NCBI GenBank assembly: GCA_964019335.1
Contig: OZ025715.1
Location: forward strand, 248,001-312,000
DNA length: 64,000 bases
Origin: Diplonema japonicum
Taxonomy: Eukaryota > Protista > Euglenozoa: Diplonemea
Reading direction: 5' to 3'
How positions within the stretch are numbered: the stretch's first letter is position 1; every line of letters starts with the position of its first letter. Shown one piece after another: positions 53,936 to 64,000 of this stretch. Position numbers and translations under genes: made by a program. Below the pieces are notes generated by a model. The model saw only the letters and a list, made by a program, of their open reading frames with translations. It did not search any database and was not told the DNA's origin.

Positions 53936-56900
53936 ATGGCCGACTACAAGATGCTGATCAACGGGGAGCTCGTTGACGCGAAGGAGACCTTCGACGTCAT
54001 CAACCCTGCCACTGGGAAGACTTTCGCGAAGGCGCCCCACTGCGATGCGGCTGATGTTGATGCTGCTGTTGCAACGTCCAAGGCCGCCTTCCCTGCATGG
54101 AGGGACACCCCCATCGAGGAGCGTAGGGCGTGCATCGAGAAGGCGATGGGCATCATCGAAGCAAACAAAGACGCTCTTGCGGAGCTTCTGTGCAAGGAGC
54201 AGGGGAAGCCCAAGGGTGGCGAGACCCCTGAGAGGATGTTTGTTGGTGCTTCCCTTGAAGTGTTGCTCACTTTGAGCTGCATGAAGAAATCTCTCGCCAT
54301 CAACCCCGAGCCCCTTGTGCACATGGACAGGCCGGAGGCAAAGGTTGAGGTATGCAGGAGGCCCCTCGGTGTCGTCGCCGGCATTGGGCCCTGGAACTTC
54401 CCCCTCCTCTGCGTGATGCAGAAGCTTGCACCTGCTGTTGTGCTTGGGAACACCTTCGTCGGGAAGCCCTCTCCCTTCACCCCCCTTTCGATCCTGATGA
54501 TCACCACCCTTGTCAAGGACTGCTTCCCGAAGGGTGTCATCAACATGATTACTTCCGATGACTCGAAGTTCAGGTCGGGAGCCCAGCTCACCTCGCACCC
54601 TGACATCAGGAAGGTCTCCTTCACTGGGTCTGTTCCCACTGGTCAGGCCATCATGAAGGCTTGCTCCCCAGACTCCAAGAGGGTGACCCTTGAGATGGGT
54701 GGTAACGATGCCGCCATTGTGTGCAAGGATGTTGATGTGAAAAAAGCGGCTGCAGGTGTCTTCCGTGGTGCATTCAACAACACTGGGCAGGTTTGCGTGG
54801 CGGTGAAGAGGGCCTTCGTGCACAGCAGCATCTACGACGAGTTCGTGAAGGAGCTGGTGGCCAACGCAGAAGCAGCGAAGGTATGAACATTTTATTTTAC
54901 ATGTTTCAATCTTCCTACCCCAACACAGTTCGGAGACGGCATGGAAGCGGAGACGATGTACGGACCTCTGAACAACAAGATGCAGTTCGACAAGGTGAGC
55001 GAGTTCGTTGAGGACGCAAGGAAGAGCGGCGCCAAGATCGAGACCGGCGGGAAGGCCATGGACAGGGATGGATACTTCTACGAGCCCACCATCATCTCAG
55101 GTGTGAAGGAGGGTGTGAGAATCGTGGACGAGGAGCAGTTCGGGCCCGCGCTCCCTGTGATTGCCTACGACGATGTTGAGGATGCTTTGGAGAGGGCCAA
55201 CAGCACTAAATACGGCCTTGGTGGGAGTGTGTGGTCCTCGGACATCGAGGCGGCGAACAAGCTTGCGGCCCGTGTTGAGTCTGGTACCGTGTGGGTGAAC
55301 GAGCACTTGGGGGACACTGACAGCGCCCCCTTCGGTGGGTTCAAGCACAGCGGGATCGGGAGGGAGAACGGGTGTGCTGACCTTGGAACATGGACTGAGA
55401 TGCAGTCCCTGAAGACAGCAAAGGCAGGTGCACCGAATGCCCCTGAAGCCCCCAAGTTCCCTGAGCAACAGCCCATCAACACTGACTACAAGATGCTGAT
55501 CAACGGGGAGCTCGTTGATGCGAAGGAGACCTTCGACGTCGTCAACCCTGCCACTGGGAAGGCTTTCGCGAAGTCGCCCCACTGCGATGCTTCTGATGTT
55601 GATGCTGCTGTTGCTGCGGCCAAGGCCGCCTTCCCTGCGTGGAGGGACACCCCCATCGAGGAGCGCAGGGCGTGTTTCATGAAGGCATTGGGAATCATTG
55701 CGGCTCACAAGGACGCCCTTGGTGAGCTTCTGTGCAAGGAGCAGGGGAAGCCCAAGGGTGGTGAGGTCCCTGAGAGGCTTCTGGTTGGTGCTTCCCTTGA
55801 GATGCTCATGACAATGGGTCTCATCCAGAAGGCAGTGAAGATTGACGCCAAGCCCCTTCTGCACGCAGACATGCCTGAGGCCAAGGTTGAGGTATGCAGG
55901 AGGCCCCTTGGCCCTGTTGCTGGCATTGGGCCCTGGAACTTCCCCATCTACTGCATGATGCAGAAGCTTGCACCTGCTGTTGTGCTTGGGAACACCTTCG
56001 TCGGGAAGCCCTCTCCCTTCACCCCCCTGTCCACCCTTGTCATGACCGCCCTCATCAAGGACTGCTTCCCGAAGGGTGTCATCAACATGATTGTCTCTGA
56101 CGACTCGAAGTTCAGGTCGGGAGCCCAGCTCACCTCGCACCCTGACATCAGGAAGGTCTCCTTCACTGGGTCTGTCCCCACTGGTCAGGCCATCATGAAG
56201 GCTTGCTCCGACGATGTGAAGAGGGTGACCCTTGAGATGGGTGGGAATGATGCCGCCATTGTGTGCAAGGATGTTGATGTGAAGAAGGCAGCTGCAGGAG
56301 TCTTCGGTGGTGCTTTCGCCAACACTGGACAGATCTGTGTGGCGGTGAAGAGGGCCTACGTGCACAGCAGCATCTACGACGAGTTCGTGAAGGAGCTGGT
56401 GGCCAACGCAGAAGCAGCGAAGGTATGAACGCATCTACTTGTTGTCAAACTTCTTACCCCAACACAGTTCGGAGACGGTTTGGAGGCAGAGACGATGTAC
56501 GGACCTCTGAACAACAAGATGCAGTTCGACAAGGTGAGCGAGTTCGTTGAGGACGCAAGGAAGAGCGGCGCCAAGATCGAGACCGGCGGGAAGGCCATGG
56601 ACAGGGATGGATACTTCTACGAGCCCACCATCATCTCAGGTGTGAAGGAGGGTGTGAGAATCGTGGACGAGGAGCAGTTCGGGCCTGTGCTCCCTGTGAT
56701 TGCCTACGACGATGTTGAGGATGCTTTGGAGAGGACCAACAACACCAAGTTCGGTCTGGGTGGGAGTGTGTGGTCCTCGGACATCGAGGCGGCGAACAAG
56801 CTTGCGGCCCGTGTTGAGTCTGGTACCGTGTGGGTGAACGAGCACTTGGGGGACACTGACGGTGCTCCCTTCGGTGGGTTCAAGCACAGCGGGATCGGGA

Positions 56901-56971
56901 GGGAGAACGGGTGTGCTGACCTTGGAACATGGACTGAGATGCAGTCCCTGAAGACCGTGAAGCAACCGTGA
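53936..56971 (+). CDS. Double-domain aldehyde dehydrogenase B (about 980 aa)
   Basis: Exons 53936-54880, 54929-56422, 56468-56971; same architecture and linker as gene A. Confidence 0.9.
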
Positions 56972-57780
56972 AATGTGATGATGTACAAAAAAAAACTTTT
57001 TTCATTTATTTTATCTTCTTTTTGACTGGGCAGATACAAGCAAGGTACAGGCCGGATATACTACATTCGCTATTCGTAGAATCTAACTTACCAGAAAGAC
57101 CACGTGCCACTATTGACGCATACATAGTTTATGGGACCCGTAAAGAGCTCTTAAACCTTGGTGCTACAGTGGGTGAACTTCCTTTGTCTTTCAATGGGGT
57201 TATAGATCCATGGGCAGGCATAATTAAATTTCTTTCTTGCATTTTTTCTTTTAGCATCTTTTGTTAAAGAGACTGACCTCCTGGCTTCATTTGATCCCTC
57301 CCCCTCCACCCCTTTCTTTTTTTTTTTGCAGGGGAGAGGGGGTGAAAAGAAAAGAAATAAACGGAGAGATTTCGTTGTGTGCTCCCCCCCCCCCTTTTTT
57401 TATAGTGAACCAAACTTTGCCTTTTTGCTTTGTTGCCGACACCAACGTTGACCCCCCCTCCCCCTCTCCCCCCATCACCTATTCTTCCACCTCCCAACGA
57501 TCTCTCACCGTGACCGACTGGGTCTTTCCCCCCTTTTTAAATTTTGAACAAGTACCGCTCAGTTTTTTGTTTATTCGCAATGAGCATCTCCTGTGCACTG
57601 AAAACTAAATCGAGCTTTTTTTTTTTTTAATATTTATTTGTGCGTGCCTTAGGCCGCCCCCCTTTTGTAGAAGAAGGGGAACAAAGAAAAAGAAAAAAGA
57701 AAATACCGGCAAGCTTTCTCCATTTTCATTCACGAGGCGACCACGAAATTCACCTTTCATCCCACCCTCTTTTTTCCTTT

Positions 57781-57811
<31 letters not shown>

Positions 57812-57943
57812 GATAGGGTTGATAGCTTTTAGCTTCAATTTTCCACGTAAGAAAAACAATATTTCCTTTTTTTTTTTTTTTTTTCTCTTTCAAAAGAACG
57901 AAACCGATATCAGGGAAGGAAAAAAGAAAAAGAAAAGAAAAAA

Positions 57944-58490
57944 ATGGGTCTGTTCAGACTGTGGGTTGGTATTCTAGGGGTCTTCGAGTGGATGCCTATT
58001 GCCAAGCTGATAAGTGGGGAGAAGGTACACCAAATGGTCCCTGCCTTCTTTCACGAACCTGAGAGTACGTATTATCCTTCTTTTTTTTAAAAAAAAAACT
58101 TTTTCTAAAGGTGATGCCTTCCATGTTTTCTATGTGTGGTTCCTGATGGTGCTGTCCACCGCCAGGCTCGTTCTTGCCTACGACATGGCTAACGTTGGTG
58201 TGCTGCGCCTCAACATGCTCATCCACCTCTTGGAGACGGGGGTGTTTTGGGCCCTGTTCAAGTCAACCTTGCTCCTGAAGCTTCAGGACACCGACTGGGA
58301 CGTTGCTGCTCTTAAACCCCAGGAGATGGGTATGTCGGGGGGGGGGGGGGGAAGAAGAAGGGAAAAAAAAAAAAAAAAAAAACCAGAGTCCCTGGCCATC
58401 TTTGTAATCGTGATGCTCAATGCAGTGTTGTTTTTTTTCAAATGGGCAACCTTCTCGCCTGATGTTACCAAGGCCATTAAGAAGGAATAA
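57944..58490 (+). CDS. Erg28-like small membrane protein
   Basis: Exons 57944-58064, 58111-58329, 58387-58490 join in frame; FRLWV...WFLMVLSTARLVLAYDMANVGVLRL resembles Erg28. Confidence 0.55.
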
Positions 58491-58607
58491 ACGTTTTTTT
58501 TTTTTTTTTCTTTATTTCCCCCCCCCCCCCATCTTTTCATTCAACCCCCCCCCATTCAAGAGGGAGAGGGGGAGGGAGGAACAAAAAAAACAAAAAACAA
58601 AAAGAAA

Positions 58608-59759
58608 ATGGACCCCCAAACACAACGGACGCACAGTGGGGGGTCTATCAGCCCAGGGGAGGAGAAGCGGCGGCGCAGCGTCGGGTTCAGCTATGTAGGG
58701 CTGAACGAAAACGCGTGCAAGCCTCTGTCAAGATTCCCTGAAAAGCCCCCCGAAGGCCTGCTCTGCGACATAGGCAAGGGCGTGATGACTGACCCGGTGT
58801 GCAACCAGGAGTGCGGGCATCAGTACTGTAAAAAATGCATAGAAGAGCTTCTCGAAACAAGCCAGCAATGCCCTGCGAAAGGCTGCGTGGTGGACGTGCA
58901 CGAGGACGCTTTACTATCACTATACAAAAAATCAAAGGAGGTGGCTTCCCTAGTAGCGTACTGCACGAACAAGGCACGAGGGTGCCAGTGGGTCGGTGTG
59001 CAATGTGAGCTGGAGGACCATCTGAAAACCTGCAAGAGGTACCTCCCAATCACATGCGAAATGTGCAAACAAAAGGTACCAAGAAAGCAAATGGCGGCAC
59101 ACGCTGCCGCAAACTGTCCAAAACTACCAGCTGTGTGTCCGGACTGTCATGAAGATGTTCTTGCTGTACATTTGAAACATCACATGGAGCATGAGTGCGG
59201 GAAAGCACCTCCACCAGTGTCGCCGCCAGTGTCTCCTCCGGAAACTGATTTATCAGAATCGCTAGAACTAGTAGCAGGCATTGGAAGTATTCGCGTGAAG
59301 CCGTACGACCCACGGGCCTCCCCTCGCGGGTCCATATTGCGTAAAGCAGCATGGGGTGAGGATAATATAAATATACACAAAACAAATAGCAGTTTGTCGA
59401 TTGACAGTGATGGGGCCGTTCCCAAGAATAAGGAAGCGAACGACTGTGGAGATAGCCGAAGACTTGGCAGAAGGAAGAAGGGTAATATGTCGCCGTCCCC
59501 TTCTTTCCGAAGCGAGCCTCCAGGGACATCTGATCTCTGGTCGCAGATTGAGCAAGCAAAAATACACATAGAGCACGGTGGGGAACCCGATCTGGCGCTG
59601 TTGTTGACTGCGATTACAACGCTGCAGTCTCGGGTCCGTGTGTTGGAGGCGGAGAATGATAACTTAAGGTCGCGAACCCCGTTTTCTTCTTCGCCTTCTC
59701 CGCAGCCTTCGCCTTCGTCCATCCTCGCACCTTTGCGTCTTAACGCGTCCTTGAAATAA
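58608..59759 (+). CDS. RING finger / TRAF-type zinc finger protein with C-terminal coiled coil
   Basis: CDIG..DPV..CGHQYCKKCI..CP (one RING ligand replaced), CTNKARGCQW..LEDHLKTC and two further TRAF-type fingers. Confidence 0.85.
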   Translation: MDPQTQRTHSGGSISPGEEKRRRSVGFSYVGLNENACKPLSRFPEKPPEGLLCDIGKGVMTDPVCNQECGHQYCKKCIEELLETSQQCPAKGCVVDVHEDALLSLYKKSKEVASLVAYCTNKARGCQWVGVQCELEDHLKTCKRYLPITCEMCKQKVPRKQMAAHAAANCPKLPAVCPDCHEDVLAVHLKHHMEHECGKAPPPVSPPVSPPETDLSESLELVAGIGSIRVKPYDPRASPRGSILRKAAWGEDNINIHKTNSSLSIDSDGAVPKNKEANDCGDSRRLGRRKKGNMSPSPSFRSEPPGTSDLWSQIEQAKIHIEHGGEPDLALLLTAITTLQSRVRVLEAENDNLRSRTPFSSSPSPQPSPSSILAPLRLNASLK

Positions 59760-60449
59760 AACAACACTCAAACAATAATTCAAGATAGCTTTTATGTTTT
59801 TTTTTTTTTTTTATTTTATTTTATTTTTATTATTATTTTTTTTTTTTTTGTTGCGAAAAAAAAAAAAAAAAAAAAAAAAATCCCGATAAAAAAAAAAGGG
59901 AGTGGGGGGGGTGGAGGGGGATATTCTTATTTGGGACGATTTTCTTTTGTTACGTTGTTGGCAAAAAAAAAAAGAGGCGTATCCTGGGTGCGATAAAAGG
60001 ACCTTCTACAGCTTCCCCCCCCCCCCCCCCCCCCCTCTTCTTATGCTCGGAATGCTATTTTCTTTTTTGCCTAATGAAAACCCTGCTCATCAAGGTAACA
60101 CACCTTCTTCTTTTTTTTTTTTCTTTTTATATTGGCGAGAACAAGTCCTTGGCGCTGTCAGAACAGAAAGGGGTTCCTTCTGTTGTAAACCCTTACTTAT
60201 AAAATCTTTCTTGGCCGTCTACAAACTGTGGCAAGTTCTTCTCTCTGTCTCTGTCAGTCTCTTTCTTTTTATGTTTGGGCACGTTTTTGTCTGCGCTTCA
60301 TATCTCTAAAACCCGTTGGCCAACTAAGAGGCGGTTCTTGTCTACTTTTGGAAAATGTTATCGAAATTTTCTTTACTACTCTATAGCCCCCTTGGAGCAA
60401 GTCCAGGATTAAGTAGACGGGCTTAGAAATTTTGGGCGTTATGAGGACC

Positions 60450-60486
<37 letters not shown>

Positions 60487-60881
60487 GAAATGGAAAATAA
60501 ACGGGAAAAAAAAAGAATTTCTGGTGTTGAATAAGTCTTCTGCTTAAGAGAAGAAGATGAAGAAAAAAAAAAGAAGGGGCTCTGTCCTTTCTCTTCCACC
60601 TTCTCCTCCTCCGTTCCCTTCCTCGGGCTTTCTTGTGTGTTTTTTTTTTTTTTCAATTCTTCATACCCCTTTCCGCGCAAATCCCCCCCCTCCCTCCCTC
60701 CTCTTCTCGGGATAAAAAAAAATCAGTTATTTCAGTTATTTTCCTTTCCTTTCTTTTTTTTTCCTTCTCTTTTTTATTCTTTTTTTTTTTTTTTTTTATA
60801 TCTTACTTATTTCTTCTTCTTCTTTTTCTTTCTTGTTTATTCGGCATCCAGTTTAAAAAAGATTTTTTTTTATTCAACCGC

Positions 60882-60918
<37 letters not shown>

Positions 60919-60939
60919 GAATAAAAAAAAAAGAATGCA

Positions 60940-61402
60940 TACAGCCATAGTAGTCGCAACAAGCCTAGCAATGGCACAGGGTGTGAGCCCGAGATGCCAA
61001 GACATCCTAGGCCCGCTGGCAGACCTGTTTAATCTGATCGAGAGGGAAGGGAGGTGGCCGGAAGCCTTGTGTACGGTCCTGGTGTCGCTAATTCCGAAGG
61101 GAGCCAGTCCGTCCAGTACCCACGTGGGCAGCCTCTTCAGCTCTGCGTTGCGCCTTCCGTCGGCTCCACACGCGCCCCTGGGACGCTTGCGATTCAGCGA
61201 CCTCGGCATTTCCTGGTGTTGTGTGTGTACCTCGTACTTTTTCTTGAAATTGGAGAATTGCGGTTCTCGTCTTTCCGAGCAGAAGATCCCTCGTCGTCCA
61301 TTTCTTGTGGATCTGCCGTCACACCGTCCTCAGCCTCTACCGCCACATACCTCCGCATAGCGTACCCCGTAACAGCGCCGTGAGGTGCCTCCTACCCTCG
61401 TC
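60940..61402 (-). mobile_element. Degenerate LINE RT fragment related to the element at 3916-7140
   Basis: Minus-strand VAVEAEDGVTADPQEMD, PQFSNFKKKY and LNRKRPRGACGADGRRNAELKRLP align with the larger LINE; segment 61021-61102 is inverted. Confidence 0.85.
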
Positions 61403-61463
61403 CAGATATTAAGCTGATAAGCAGATACTCCACTTGATCTTAGCCAAAAGGCCGAGAAGGTGT
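61403..61463 (-). ncRNA. U2 snRNA 5' fragment (about nt 1-61), probably a pseudogene or disrupted gene
   Basis: Reverse complement reads ACACCTTCTCGGCCTTTTGGCTAAGATCAAGTGGAGTATCTGCTTATCAGCTTAATATCTG; no Sm site or 3' half follows. Confidence 0.9.
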
Positions 61464-61702
61464 GCCCTCTTAGAACAAAGCAAGAATGCGCATACCGGGA
61501 CTGCTCAGATGGCGTGCACGTGACCTCGAAATGGTGTTTCTCGCTACATTTCCCCGAGAACCCCCTGACCTGAGATGGTTTAGTTTGCTTTGCAGAGACG
61601 TGACTAACAAAACCCGACAGATCCTTGTTACGTGTTTGAAAGCATGAAGCACTGTAAAAACAAAGAATAGATATCAAAAGAAATTATTAAGGAAAATAGT
61701 TA

Positions 61703-63338
61703 CTGTAAAACGAATAATGTCGGACGGAAAAATTCTCGGACGGAAAAACTCCCGGACACCAAAAAAACCTGGACATTTTTCCGTCCGGGAGTTTTTCTGG
61801 GAAGAAGTTTTTTTACTTGAGGGGGGTAGCAGCTCCCACCACGTTTGCCTGGAAGGGCTTTATTCCTTGTGCAGAGCCAAAATGTCACCCTGCGTGGCAG
61901 TTTGGATTTTTCTTCCCCTTTCAATGCACCAACAAACAGCACCCACGGGATCTTCAACTTCTCATAAACCCGTACTTCTTTCGTCAAATTGACCAGTTCG
62001 ACTACCCATGGCACGTTGAGCAGCTGGCTTGTGAGGGGCCCAACTTTGGTGCTGACACCCCCGGCCAGCTCACCCCCGAGAGGTGGAGGAGATAAACTCC
62101 TTACACCGGGCCAGTACAAACCCCCGAAAGCAGCTTGGCGGCCTCTGCCTCGGTCAGAAGACGGCAGCAACAGGTTCAACAGAGCCCCCGGTTTCTTCCA
62201 GACGGAAATACTGGACGTTGCTATTCCACCCAACCACACCCTGGCCGCCGCGACGCCGTGATAGCTGCGTATCGCCCAATACGGGATTTAGCATCCTTCG
62301 GGGGCTGAAAGGTTTTTGCTTGAGTCGATAGGTAAACGGGCTTGGTGAGCCTATCCCAGCACAACAAATATGCACCTATGCAGAAGGGCTGCTGTGCGCC
62401 AATCCAGCCCGAAAGACAGACCTGGTAGACTTTGGTGGGGCACTGTCCTTTTCCACTGGCTAGGCTGACAAAATTTTGCAGCAGGAAAGACAAAAGCCGC
62501 AAGCCACCTCCGGAAAGCCCGGAAACGAGAAGGACAACGAGAAGGCACGCTGTTTCACCATGGAATTCAGGTCCATAATCGACACCCATAAAGTAAGGCC
62601 GGAATTGGTCTGGAATACGGGGTTAAAAACCAAAACAAAAAAAAGGGGTGCTAAGGTCGTAAAAGTCCGTGGCTTGGGGGACAAAACGGGCTATAACCGA
62701 ACAGCTGGCTGTTTCCTTGGCTGGATGGTTAAATACAAAGGCAAAACGGAAACGCAACCGGCAGGGATTATCCGTGCCCCGGTCAAGCACCCGCCCACCG
62801 AATGGAGCCTAGCGGCATCGCCCAATCATTGGGCTAATTATGATACTCGGTATCTGGGTTACGGAGCTGTTTCTTCCTTTTTGCTATAAATCATCGATTC
62901 CCATGGTTTTGCCGAACGGGCCGATTCTGCTGCTTGTCGGCGACCACAACTCTCATACGACCTATGCCTATGGGTTCGTAGAGTGGTTCGCAGGCGCAAA
63001 CGTGCACATTGCTTTTGTCCCCCTGGGCTCACCTACATGGTTCAACCGATGGATATTGGGTTGAACGCAGCTGTAAAGCATCTATTAAGAAAGGTAGTAG
63101 GCCACACGAAGGCTCGACAAGCTGATTGCCTCAGGGGCAGCAAGGGAGGACAAAGATGCAGAAAGGGAACCCTGGGGGTTTCTTCGCGCGGTTGCCGTTT
63201 GCAGCCCAGGCCAGTATATAGGTGGTAGTGGACCAGGCCCCCTGACGGCCTTACCTAAAAAAAATTCCCGGACGGAAAAATTCCCGGACGCCAAAAATAC
63301 TCGGACATTTTTCCGTCCGGGAGTTTTTCGTTTTACAG
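61703..63338 (+). mobile_element. pogo/Tigger-like (Tc1/mariner superfamily) transposon with decayed DDE_1 transposase
   Basis: TIR CTGTAAAACGAA flanked by TA, subterminal CGGACGGAAAAA repeats, and frameshifted remnants KYKGK, PILLLVGDHNSH and PPGLTYMVQPMDIGLNAAVK. Confidence 0.88.
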
Positions 63339-63925
63339 TATGTCAAAAAACATATTATGTCCGCGCTGCTACGAGAATGGTGGGGTTAGAAGAAAAAGAA
63401 AATGAAAAAGTTAAGACCAATGATTCTAAAGCTACAGTTTCTGTACTTTATTGGTCGTTCGTGTTCTGCAGGTGCCTGCCACCACTGCCGCTGCGTCCGT
63501 CGTCGCCGGAGGAAATAATGAGGCCCTCAGTGAGTGAAAAAGAAAAAAGAGAAATCGATACCATAGCGAAGTGGGTGAAGACCTGTGAAGAGCCGCACCA
63601 GGTGAGAAGGCCTGGTCTGAGATGGTAGAGAAGTAGGAGTGTACTGAGGGAGGAGGTCAGCCCGTCTTTGGACCTATTTTAGCATAATAAAAGCAGTCCA
63701 TGTCACGAAATTCATGTGGAGTCGACACATGCCCTCACAGAAGAGCCTTTTATGCACATCTTACTTGAGCAGACGCCAGACAATCCTTGAAGCACTAATG
63801 TGATCTAAACTAGCTTGCCAGAACAGTGCATCTCCTTTAAAATGGAATAGAATAGCGGAAGTATGTGGACGTTCCAAGGTAGCTGATCCGACGTTATTGG
63901 GATTTTATCTATTGTTTACAACAAA

Positions 63926-63958
<33 letters not shown>

Positions 63959-64000
63959 AGCAACATTTAGAGGGAACAACACTACTCACAAATGAAAACT

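Noticed and set aside
50469-56434. Long antisense ORFs over ALDH (also over ThrRS, PRCP and the ankyrin arrays)
   Set aside because: Shadow ORFs caused by sense-strand codon bias and repeats
61495-61560. Divergent tRNA-like A/B box upstream of U2, as in trypanosomatids
   Set aside because: Only a weak A-box-like TGCTCAGATGG; no convincing B box or cloverleaf
63377-63628. 83-aa ORF after the pogo element
   Set aside because: No recognisable domain or consistent exon chain within the window

Overview
Gene-dense eukaryotic nuclear DNA, most likely from a euglenozoan protist such as a diplonemid. This is an inference from the trypanosomatid-like tRNA-Arg(ACG), the uniform + strand orientation of every host gene over 64 kb, short pyrimidine-tract intergenic spacers and short GTATG..AG cis-introns. 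Host genes: a DUF3883 nuclease-PDZ protein (partial), DPY-30-like, U1-70K, a two-SURP protein, a PDZ-like protein, an S28 Pro-X carboxypeptidase, a Dispatched/Patched-like protein, an RRM-polyQ-MYND protein, threonyl-tRNA synthetase, two kinase-ankyrin genes plus a decayed third copy, an RNI-like LRR protein, a helical-repeat protein, LMBR1, two double-domain aldehyde dehydrogenases, Erg28-like and RING-TRAF. Mobile DNA: a frameshifted LINE, a tandem 521-bp foldback repeat, a piggyBac nested in a MITE inside an intron, two abutting MITEs, a U2 snRNA-LINE chimera carrying an 82-bp microinversion, and a pogo-like element. The most notable observations are (i) cis-introns that often have poly(A) rather than a polypyrimidine tract at the acceptor, (ii) covalent ALDH-ALDH fusions that diverge only in pocket-region segments, (iii) the U2-LINE chimera with an altered branch-recognition sequence, (iv) a variable kinase-ankyrin array and (v) the palindromic tandem element. 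All exon structures were inferred by hand from reading-frame continuity; no database searches were run.
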